Below, in pieces: positions 52,884-64,000 of a stretch of 64,000 nt of DNA. This DNA is from Octopus sinensis (lineage: Eukaryota): contig NC_043015.1 of the NCBI RefSeq assembly GCF_006345805.1, forward strand, positions 41,850,001-41,914,000, written 5' to 3'. Numbering within the stretch: position 1 is the stretch's first letter; the number at the start of each line of letters is the position of its first letter. Both the position numbers and the translations under genes were made by a program. Below the pieces are notes generated by a model, which saw only the letters and a list, made by a program, of their open reading frames with translations, was not told where the DNA came from and did no database searches.

Positions 52884-53336
52884 AAGGCGGCGAGCTGGCA
52901 GAATCGTTAGCATTCCGGGCAATATGCTTACCGGTATTTCGTCTGCCGCAACGTTCCGAGTTCAAATTCCGCCGAGGTCGACTTTGCCTTTCATCCTTTC
53001 GGGGTCGATTAAATAAGTACGAGTTACGCACTGGGGTCGATATAATCGACTTAATCCGTTTGTCTGTCCTTGTTTGCCCACACTATACTACTACTACTAC
53101 TACTACATGCTTGGCGTCCTTGTTTGCCCCTTGTGGGTAGTAAAGAAATAAGTATTTCGTCTGCCGTTACTTTCTGAGTTCAAATTCCGCAGAGGTCGAC
53201 TTTGTCTTTCATCCTTTCGGGGTCGATTAAATAAGTACCAGTTACGCACTGGGGTCGATATAATCGACTTAATCCGTTTGTTTGTCTTTGTTTGTACCCT
53301 CTGTGTGTAGCCCCTTGTGGGTAGTAAAGAAATAAA
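52884..53336 (+). mobile_element. SINE family B dimer with a 15-bp TSD
   Basis: ATATACCCGTCATCA at 52869-52883 and 53337-53351 flanks one head plus two bodies. Confidence 0.9.
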
Positions 53337-53695
53337 ATATACCCGTCATCATACAATTTCTGGTAGCGCTAATCGGCGAGTGATGTCCCCGCATTTTATT
53401 TGCGTTGAGCCGCCCATTACTGCTACTAGTTATTGTAGGATGACGAGAATATCATAAAAGAGACAATCTCCCCTATTAGCTCGGGCCACACCACTCTCAA
53501 ATGCTTGCATCTCATAGGCTGTTTAGGTGGGGCTGCGAGCTGGTTTTGGCGTATTATCACCATTTGTCTACAGCGAGGATTTTTCTTCGTGACAAAATAC
53601 AACAAATGACTTCTTTACGGGTTCTAATATGTCCCAAACATTTTAAAACTGGTAATAACCTTGCATTTATTTTATGAGAAAATAACGCTAAGCAT

Positions 53696-53745
<50 letters not shown>

Positions 53746-54884
53746 CGGTTGGAATAGCTGGAAGAATCGCTAAGTACGTTGTAGAAAATGCTCAGTGGCG
53801 TCTCTTCCGGTTTGTTTCTGATTTCAAACACAGCTGAAGTCGACTTTGCTTTCATCCGTCCGGGCCTTAATAAGATAATCTACCGGTCAAATACTAGGGT
53901 TGTAGTAATCGACTAACCCCTTTCTCCCTAAGAAATCGCTGTCCTTGCATCAAAATTTGAAACACAATTTGTACTATTAAATGCTGTATCATTTAGCAGA
54001 GATGTTTTATAAACGCTTGGTAACAAGTCACATCAAATTACAATAATGTTTTTTTAGGATCGTTGCAGAATATAGCATTGCACTTTTCTCCAGACCGACA
54101 ATGGGAGTCTAAAGCCCTAAATCCTTCAGCTCTCAGGTAGCTCTTTGTGTATTGTTCCAAATACCCCAGGAAAGATTGCCGTCTTCCACAATCACTTCAT
54201 TTCTAAAGCTAGAACCTGATATTTTAGAATTATGACCCCGGCTCCGTTATCATATAATATCACGTCTATAATCCCTTTATCTCACTATTATGGGTGTTCA
54301 TATCAAACGGTACATCTTGCTGAAGAGAGTTAAGGTTTTTTCGCCAGAACTCGAAATCATGATACACCATGACCTCACCATTAAAACATTAAAGGCGTAT
54401 TTGAAATAACAATTTTCATAAGAAATAGAAAAAGTTTGAACAAAACATGTCTCACCTGGTCTGCAATGGTACATTGCAAGCACAGCATGGGGATACCTGA
54501 AGGAAAATCCCACAAATATGTGACAGGTATAGTACCAAGGAACACAAAAATGTGTTCTTTATTAACATCTAATTGTGTAAAGGACAATTCTGTCATCATG
54601 CATAGGACTCGGTATAACTTTGAAAACACAGTTCTTCTATATCATTTGAAACTGGTTAGATTGAAAATAATGAAAGTTCCTCAAGTTTGATGCTTCTTGA
54701 CTAAATGAAAATACGTTCACTGTGACCCTTGTTTGCACTTTTGTAATTGCTTTTACTTGAAATGGTATCGAAAAACTGTGTTTTCAAAGCTGTATCAGGT
54801 CCTACACACGGGACTGCATTTGATGAAGATAAATCTATCCTTAAAATTAATGACAATGCCGGAATTGATGAAAAATGGACATAT

Positions 54885-55298
54885 GTGCAGGAGTGGGTGT
54901 GTGGTAAGTAGTTTGCTAACCAACCACATGGTTCCGGGTTCAGTCCCACTGCGTGGCATCTTGGGCAAGTGTCTTCTGCTATAGCCCCGGGCCGACCAAT
55001 GCCTTGTGAGTGGATTTGGTAGACGGAAACTGAAAGAAGCCTGGCATATATATATATATATATATATATAAGTGTGTGTGTATGTGTTTCTGTGTATGTG
55101 TTTGTCCCCCTAGCATTGCTTGACAACCGATGCTGGTATGTTTACGTCCCCGTCACTTAGCGGTTCGACAAAAGAGACCGATAGAATAAGTACTGGGCTT
55201 ACAAAGAATAAGTCCCGGGGTCGAGTTGCTCGACTAAAGGCGGTGCTCCAGCATGACCGCAGTCAAATGACTGAAACAAGTAAAAGAGTAAAAGAGAG
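54885..55298 (+). mobile_element. SINE family A, full length
   Basis: Complete head, body and tail. Confidence 0.9.
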
Positions 55299-55711
55299 TA
55301 TGTGTCTGTGAAAAATATTGCGGTTCGATAATGAAATGGATTTCAGTTTTGAAATCAGCACCCAAACGTCACTAGAAAACCTATTTCCGACACCATACAA
55401 CAAAACTATGTTCCCCGGTGTTATTAGATAAGTGTGAACAAGTGTGTTGTTTGTTTGTCGTAGCTTAATTTTTATGACAATGAGAGATAAAGATAGAATG
55501 GAATGAGAATTCCAGATGAATATTCAACGTGTTGTGGGAAACAGAAGTGTCTGGGTCAGAAATAATGGAAAATAATATAGAGTCTGGGTTGTCAACATCG
55601 TATCGTCTAACATTTTCGTAGTGATTTCTGATAAAGTGTTGCCTCTGTGTGTGTGTGTATGTGCGCGCGCGCGTGTATGTTTATATCTGTGTGTATGTAT
55701 ATGTGTATGTA

Positions 55712-55762
<51 letters not shown>

Positions 55763-55773
55763 GACAATGCGAC

Positions 55774-55807
<34 letters not shown>

Positions 55808-55879
55808 GTATATATGCGTATATATATATACATATATATATGCGCATATCTATATATGCATACAGACACATACACATTT

Positions 55880-56262
55880 TTTATTCTTTTATTTTTTATT
55901 TGTTTCAGTCTTTTGACTGCGGCCATGCTCCATGCTCGAGCACCTCCTTTAGTCGAGTAAAGCGACCCTAGGACTTATTCTTTGGAAGCCTAGTAATATT
56001 GTATCGATCGCTTTTGCCGAACCGCTAAGTTACAAGGACGTAAACACACCAGCATCGGTTATCAAGCGATGGTGGAGTGGGGGACAAACACAGACACACA
56101 AACATATACATTTCAGCTTCCGTCTCCCAAATCCACTCACAAGGTTTTGGTATGCCTGAGGCTATAGTACAGGACACTGGTTGAAGGTGCTACGCAGTGG
56201 GACTGAACCCGGAACTATGTGCTTGGTGACCAAGCTACTTACCGCACAGCCACTCTTGTGCC
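55880..56262 (-). mobile_element. SINE family A, full length, diverged
   Basis: Reverse complement of family A. Confidence 0.85.
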
Positions 56263-56269
56263 TATATAA

Positions 56270-56341
<72 letters not shown>

Positions 56342-56378
56342 AAAACTATATCTATCTATCTATCTATGTATATATATA

Positions 56379-56763
56379 TATATAGTAAAGAAAATAAGGT
56401 GGCTAGCAGCAGGCTGTTTCGCCTCATACCGGAGGGATTAGAAATGGCAGTCAAAGACCATTTTTTCCATTTTCTATAAGTGGAGATTCCATTTGGTGAA
56501 GCTATCGAATATAGCGCTGATGACGGAATTTAAACTACTTCTTTTCTATGTTTGTGATCCAGAAACACGGTGTTCGCTATTAACGGTAAGTGACCGCTTT
56601 CGTGTATTTGCCACTCCGATTTTGTGTGTGAGCCGTAAGGGCGTTTGTTTTTGGAATCTCCACTTATAGAAAATGGAAAAACGGTCTTTGACTGCCATTT
56701 CTAATCCCTTCGGTATGAGGCGAAACAGCCTGCTGCTAGCCACCTTATTTTCTTTACTATATA
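56379..56763 (+). mobile_element. Foldback element: ~112-bp inverted arms around a spacer with a canonical-core hammerhead
   Basis: Arms 56379-56491 and 56652-56763 (about 3 differences); HHR at 56511-56580. Confidence 0.8.
56511..56580 (+). ncRNA. Type I hammerhead ribozyme motif
   Basis: AUAGCG CUGAUGA C GGA-loop-UCC A GAAA CACGGUG UU CGCUAU: perfect 6-bp stem I, canonical core, near-palindromic stem III. Confidence 0.7.
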
Positions 56764-56874
56764 CTGAACCTTACAAAGGTCCTGACAATTAATTTGTCGT
56801 ATTTACATACCGAAATTTACCGGTAGATAATTGTTGGTTACATGAAAAACCACAGAAAATTATTTACCATTTTT

Positions 56875-56913
<39 letters not shown>

Positions 56914-56961
56914 TATATATATATTATATATATATATATTATATATATATATATATATACA

Positions 56962-57010
<49 letters not shown>

Positions 57011-57739
57011 CGTATATATATATATATAATATATATATTACACACATATATATATATACATATACATATATATATATACAGATACATATATACATACACT
57101 CACATTATATATATGTATGTATTATATATCTATATACATGCATATATATACATACATACATATATATACACACTGCTGTGCATTTGCGTTTCCGAATGTG
57201 TACGTACTCAAATATGTATATATGTGTGTATGTGAGTGTGTGTATGTAGGCGCGGCTTTTGTATCGAAAGTTGACAGAGTCCGAACCGATCGAGACTGTT
57301 TGTGACAGTCGTGAATAAACAGCCCGCAGCGAAGAACGGACTCTCAACTTTAATAAACATATTTCTCCACACTGCCAATTGTATTGCGTTCTGTTCGAAA
57401 TAAAGTTTCAATTACGAAGAATATGTGCTGTTAATTGATATACGTTACAACTGTTACATAATCTGATATGCCCTTCTTTACGCGTCTACATACACACATA
57501 TGTACATATGTATATGTAAATAAATGGAGTCAAACGCCGTTTTTTTTCGAATTCTTTGACTTCCGACATATGTTTCGATGACAGCAACCCGGAGTTTTTA
57601 CCTTTACAAACTGGGTGTTACGTCCTTATTACTTGTGTCATTTTCTGCTGCCCTGGTAACTGTTTATTTATTCTTTTTCCGTGTTAATTGTAAACAAGGG
57701 AATAATACACATATCAATTTATGTATATATATATATATA

Positions 57740-57900
57740 GCTGAAACTTATAGAAACACAAAAGACGAGGACAGGTGTATGAACAACAAAGTGTATTAGA
57801 TTGACGCTCGGTAAAATGAAAAAGTCTTATATTTCGAGCCTGTTCGCTTCAACAGAAAGGAATAAGAGAAAATAAACAGAAAAATGAAAAATAAACAGAA
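57740..57900 (-). mobile_element. TA-embedded element with a CUGUUGA HHR-like motif
   Basis: Related to 50338-50521; motif at 57826-57859. Confidence 0.55.
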
Positions 57901-59116
57901 AGAAAAACAAACAAGGATGTCAAATGCACTAATACCTTGGCATCCTAGTTACTTATTTGCTTTTTATTCACCTTACTTCGAGCTGTGCGGACAATACCAT
58001 ACTGACTTGGTGCCTCAAATTAAGTACCTAATTTACATGAATCTTAATTATTTCTTATACATATTCATACATACATACATGCATACATGCATATATATAT
58101 ATATGACTGGCTATTTTCAGATTATGTCTACCAATTATACTCACAAGGCATTGGACGGTGTCCGAGGCTACAGTAGAAGACACTTGTCAGGTAGAGGGAC
58201 TGCACCCGGAATTATGAGGTTTGAACGCAAACTTCTCACCACTGAACCACGTATATATATAGGATAATACAAACATGCATATATATATATACATATGTAT
58301 ATATATATATACGTACAAGTTTTTTTGTGACTGTGTACATTTGAACAGACATAAACACACACACAGACACATACACACACACACACACATACACATATGT
58401 ATACACGTGTATGTGCACATATGCTATTGCCGAGACGCACATCTTTCCATTAGACAATCAATACTAGTTAAAGAAATACTTATCTTGTTTACTTAATAAA
58501 TAGGAGATGACTTTTTCTTTAGCTCTTTTCTCGTCATTATACGATTACGGAACAATAATGCATCAATACTTTTTGAAGTAAATAGTCTAAACGTCTCTCA
58601 AATAATAATACATTTGAATTTATTAAAACAATACCAAGAAAATAGATTTGCTTTCATCAATTTTATTTATCGTTAAAATTTGTATTGATTTGGTTACTAA
58701 CAATGTAAATTTCAAAATAATATACTATAACGTGAATACACAGATACATACATACACACACACACATATAGATTTGTAAATATATATATATGTGTATATA
58801 TGGTATCGGAAAAGAAGAAGATGACGAAAGTATGTCTATGAATTCGTTGATGTATTGTGTGTGTGTGTGTCTGTCTGTCTAAGTATGGATGACCTTAGGG
58901 GTAAACCACAACAAGAGCCACAGTTTATCTTGAAAAGATTGAAAAGAACAAACACCATTTAGAAGTTGAAGCTTTTAGTATATGTGGTTTATAAATAAGA
59001 CAAACACACACATACACACACACGTATATTTATATATATATATCAAATATATGCATTATATATAGATATATATATTTATATATTTATTAATATATTTGTC
59101 GTGTGTATATATATAC

Positions 59117-59164
<48 letters not shown>

Positions 59165-59167
<3 letters not shown>

Positions 59168-59390
59168 CTTTACTACCCACAAGGGGCTAAACACAGAGGG
59201 GACAAACAAGGACAGACAAACGGATTAAGTTGATTACATCGACTCCAGTGCGTAACTGGTACTTAATTTATCGATCCCGAAAGGATGAAAGGCAAAGTTG
59301 ACCTCGGCGGAATTTGAACTCGGAACGTAACGACAGACAAAATATGGTTACACATTTGTCCCGGCGTGCTAACGTTTGTGCCAGCTCGCC
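59165..59390 (-). mobile_element. SINE family B monomer
   Basis: Head plus one body. Confidence 0.85.
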
Positions 59391-59405
59391 GCCATTTCTG
59401 CCAGA

Positions 59406-59436
<31 letters not shown>

Positions 59437-60284
59437 TGTGTGTGTGGTGTGTGTGTGTGTGTGTTTATATTTATATAAGAGATACTCGGCCAATATGAGG
59501 TGCGACAAAGTGCGATTGTAACCGAAGCTACGAATTTGCGAAGCGAACTACATAACCACATGACCGTTTGTTTAAACTATTTTGTGATCGAATACATTTC
59601 GATTCACATTGTTCAAGGTGTCCTCCGCTTCATTTCCTTTTCTAGTGAAATGCTGTGTTAAGAAGCCGAATGAACGGATATTTCTCACAGAACAATTGCG
59701 AATAGGTTACTTTAATGGACCGAATGAATATATTTATTCGTAGTGAATTAATTATTACGTGATCCTCCAGTATGATCCCGTCTCACATCAAGCAATACTT
59801 TTGGAAGAATTTTGAACAGAGTTCAGGTATCTAAAGCGCTGCAAATCATTGATGTTAGATGCTTGTCTTAGCATCATCTGTCACAATTAAAAGCCAAATC
59901 ATCCTCTAATCAGATCTTGTTATCTTTAACAAGGACAGGAAACATGGCATAATATGGAAAATTACTATTTTTAAATATCACAACGAGAGATATTCAGCAA
60001 CAGTACTTTGGAGTAAAGATTGCTTGCCAACATAACATGGCACTGCAGGTTTAGGACGAATGTTGCTGTAATTTAGCCCCAGGAGACATCGTCTCCATCT
60101 AACTACAGGCTACGATCCGTTTCCTTATATTTTGGATCAAGGGAATCTAGCACTCCCACTCAGCTCAAAACAATATCTGTGCTAGATTCCCTTGTTCAAA
60201 AATATCAGGTTCTAGATTCCCTTGTTCGATAATATAAGGTCATAGATCGTGTGGTATAGCCAGCTGTAATTTATATATATACAT

Positions 60285-60450
60285 ATACGACGGGCTTCTT
60301 TCAGTTTCCGTCTAACAGATCCACTCACAAGGCTTTGGTCAGCCCGAGGGTATAGTAGAAGACACTTGCCCAAGGTTCCACACAGTGGGACTGAACCGCG
60401 AAACATGTGGTTGGTAACCAAGCTTCTTACCACACAGACACTCCTTCGTC
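60285..60450 (-). mobile_element. SINE family A 5' half
   Basis: Reverse complement of head and body; interrupts the palindromic MITE copy. Confidence 0.75.
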
Positions 60451-61236
60451 TATATATATATATATGTACTTATATATATATATATGTGTGTGTGTTTATG
60501 TGTGCATATATATGTGCGTGTGCATCTGTGTGTATGTGTGTATTTCTTTTACCTTGTGCCAGAATTCGATGATATAATTTATTTTATAAGTTCGTAAATA
60601 TTTTAGTCTATCTTGTTTGTAAATTGATATAATGGTCGTCAGAGCTTAGTTTCTTTGAAAAAATAATTCTTTTTTTTTGATAATTCTTATGTAGAGAATA
60701 TAAAAAGAATGATTTCGTTTCAATTCATTCCATTTAAAATATTATCAATTTAATTAAAACTACTTAGAACTGTAACACCGATATCGAAATAAAAATAATA
60801 TTTTTTCATCTCTACATTTTCATCTTTAATATAAAGCGACTAATTTTCTTCTGTTTAGCTTTGAAATATTTACGTTGCGATTATGGCATAACGTGTGAGC
60901 GTGTGTGTGTGTGAGTGCGCGCGCGTGTGTGTGTGAGTGTGTATGTGCATGTGTGTGTATGTGTGTGTGTGTGTTGTGTGTGTATGTGTGTGTGCGTGTG
61001 TGTGCGTGTGTGTGTACGAGTGCGTAAATCTTTCGGCCGCCGTTTTCTCCAGCAGAAAACAAAATTTCCCGGTACCACGCCGTTCCTTCGTTTAAGCCAT
61101 CGCCAAAATCGACGAACAGGGGATAAGCATTGCAAAATAAAGATGCATGACGTGACAGTATGATGTCAGTCTACGACGCCGGTCAGCAACCTAATGCCTG
61201 AGGGTCGCATCAAGTGAATTTTTGGGGGGGTACCTC

Positions 61237-61268
<32 letters not shown>

Positions 61269-61270
<2 letters not shown>

Positions 61271-61477
61271 GTAATCTATCGCCATATCGCTGTTTATTAA
61301 GCTTACGTCGATTCCTCCGTTGTCTTACTTTGAATTTATAATTAAATAAATATATACAGATATACAAATTATGAAAATAATTAACAAAAATATAGAGTAC
61401 AGTTTCTACTTCGCGGATTTCCACCTATTGCAGTGGGGTTTTGAAACCTAACAGCCGCAATAGTGAAGGGATTACTG
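61269..61477. mobile_element. Tigger/pogo-like MITE
   Basis: Imperfect TIRs CAGTAATC...GATTACTG; related pieces at 62010-62090 and 63430-63577 (the latter with a 14-bp tandem unit CCGCGATAGGTGAA). Confidence 0.55.
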
Positions 61478-61779
61478 TGTGTGTGTATGTATATATGTAT
61501 ATATATATATATGCATATTTTCGAAATCAGTGAATGTATTTCACTTGAAATATATATGTTTTCAAAGTCGAATAAGCTTCGACAGCCAGCAATCCATGCT
61601 ACTCCAGACTGATGATGAACAATGACTCTGAAACTAGTCTCTGGATGCTGGCTTTGCTGAGTGGATGGGCTTAGGTACTTATCGCCCCCTTTGAAAACAT
61701 AAGGACACAGAAAAATGTATCACGGCCAACTGGAAACGTTGTTTCCTAGAGTTATATGTTCGCTTATTTTCTTATAATT

Positions 61780-62155
61780 TACTTGCTTCAGTAATTTGCC
61801 TGTAAGCCTAGCACTTATTCAATCGGTGTCTTATTCAATCGAGCAGCTATGTTAAGGGGAGATAAACACACCAACATCGGTTGTCAAGCGATGCTGGTGG
61901 AAACAAACAAACACACATACACACACATATACAACGAGCTTCCCTCACTTTTCGTCTACCAAATCCAGTCACAAGCTTTTGGTCGGCCCGAGGCTCTAGT
62001 AGAAAACGCAAAAATATAAATACCTATCGGTCGCAGAAACCCACGATGTACGGAGGATTCCGCGATATAAATTTACATATAGTAGAAATATAGTGGGACT
62101 GAACCAGCAACCATGTCGTTGATAAGCAAGCTACTTACCACAAAGCCACTCCACA
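61780..62155 (-). mobile_element. Diverged SINE family A carrying a MITE fragment insertion
   Basis: Family A tail at 61780-61900 and head at 62090-62155. Confidence 0.65.
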
Positions 62156-62899
62156 TATATAAACAGAGTGAGGTGGTTAGATGCCTATATAGATACATAT
62201 ATAAATACGTACATACATACATACATACATACATACATACATACAACATACATACATACATACATACATACATACATACATGCATACTTACATACATATA
62301 TATTAGTAGGTGTGGTGGTGTAGCAGGTGACGTTCTCTAAGAACCTCTAAGAACACCACAGAAGTGTCATTCTACCATTTAATGACACACAGAGTTGTTA
62401 AATTCACTTTAAGTTCTTTCTTCAATCTTTTCCATGTGGTGTCAAAATTTGTTACCTTTGCCAGTAGCACTTATGCGTATGCGTCTCTGTTTCTCCACGT
62501 GTGTACGTGTGTTTGTTTGTGTGTGAATTTGTGCGTGTCTATATATATACGTTCACATATATATATACACACATCCCCATCAGTCTCTGCTGCTGTAGCA
62601 GGTGATTTAATCTGGAGACCATTTCTGGATGCTGAAGCTTTTACCTTGTCTTAGAAGCACGTTATTCGGTTTATAACTTGCTAAATTCACTCGAAATTCG
62701 TTTCATGAGCTATCAAGATCTCCATTGTGCAACTACAGACCTTCTTGCGAATACTAATGCGCGTGTATATATATATATATATATAAAATATTATTAGAGA
62801 CAAAACCACTATATATATATATATATATGCATAGACACACACACAGAGCTCGCGCACACACAATCACGCATAGATATATAGATAGACAGACAGACAGAC

Positions 62900-63060
<161 letters not shown>

Positions 63061-64000
63061 TGTTCCTTTATTAGCCACAAGATGAGGACAAATATCCGTC
63101 GAATGTAAATAATGTACATAATTCCTCGTCTCTTAGAAACAGCACTTTTCTGTAATTATTATTATTATTATTATTATTATTTTATCATTTTTATAATATT
63201 TATATATTTATTTTATTGTAAATACAAAACAACAACACCACTCACTCGCCTCCCGAGTTATGTTTTCCATACAGTATGTGCGATTCTTTACTTACTCATC
63301 TACGGTACTCTACGTATTGTCTTTTAATTAATTTAATTAATGGTGTTATGCAGTGCAGTACTGTATTTTTGTTAATTAATTTATTCATTTTTAGGCGTGA
63401 AGATGCTTATTTTACCACAGAAATAATTACAACCGAAACATATAAATACCTATCGGTCGTAGAAGCCCACGATGTAATGAGGAGTACGCGATATAAATTT
63501 ACATATATTAGCCAGAAGAATCCGCGATAGGTGAACCGCGATAGGTGAACCGCGATAGGTGAACCGCGATATGGCAAGTGATTACTGCATATGTATGTGT
63601 GTATGTATGCATGTATTTATGCATGTATACAAGACTGTCTGTCTCTCTCTGTGTATGTATGCCTATATGCCTGTATGCGTGTATGCAAGTAGGTATCTAT
63701 GGGTGTATGCATATATGGATGTTATCATGCATGTATGTCTTCTGCCTGTCTCTATGTATGCACGTATGCCTGTATGTATATTTTTATGCATGCATGTATC
63801 CATGTATGTATGCTTGTCTGTCTATCTCTCTCTCGATGCATGTATGTACATTAAACGCTACAGTTAAATTTCCTCAGATAAACAATCGATATACTTTTGA
63901 AGTTTAATTAGAAAAAAACACTCATTGAGTACCTGCCTGTTTAACTCCAAAAATATGTAACACACAGTTCTGCACGTTTTTATTCATCAAATGGAGAATA

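Noticed and set aside
54000-54880. Coding-looking stretch with short ORFs
   Set aside because: No continuous frame or recognisable motif; probably an old TE remnant.
60900-61180. CpG-rich segment with a VDFGDG (PKD-like) word on the minus strand
   Set aside because: No splice sites and the rest of a PKD domain is missing.

Overview
AT-rich, microsatellite-saturated eukaryotic DNA with one 100-N gap (52544-52643). The SINE repertoire and repeat texture look like an Octopus/cephalopod genome; this is an inference from pattern recognition. No intact protein-coding gene is evident, and almost all ORFs in the supplied track are microsatellite read-through. The window holds three tRNA-derived SINE families plus a CORE-type SINE, decayed R4/Dong-type and RTE LINE fragments, a Tc1/mariner remnant, several MITEs and Penelope-like (PLE) remnants. 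The standout structure is 32198-35905: about 10 near-identical copies of a ~363-bp unit, each carrying a type I hammerhead-ribozyme-like (HHR) motif with an atypical core. The copies form two head-to-head arms joined at a 5-bp microhomology, sit inside a TA microsatellite, and lie ~300 bp from a decayed PLE GIY-YIG endonuclease. This fits a retrozyme-like element (small circular RNA copied by PLE machinery). Several other short elements in or next to TA runs also carry HHR motifs, and two of them are foldbacks with the ribozyme in the spacer. Together they suggest a TA-targeting, HHR-based mobile-RNA system.
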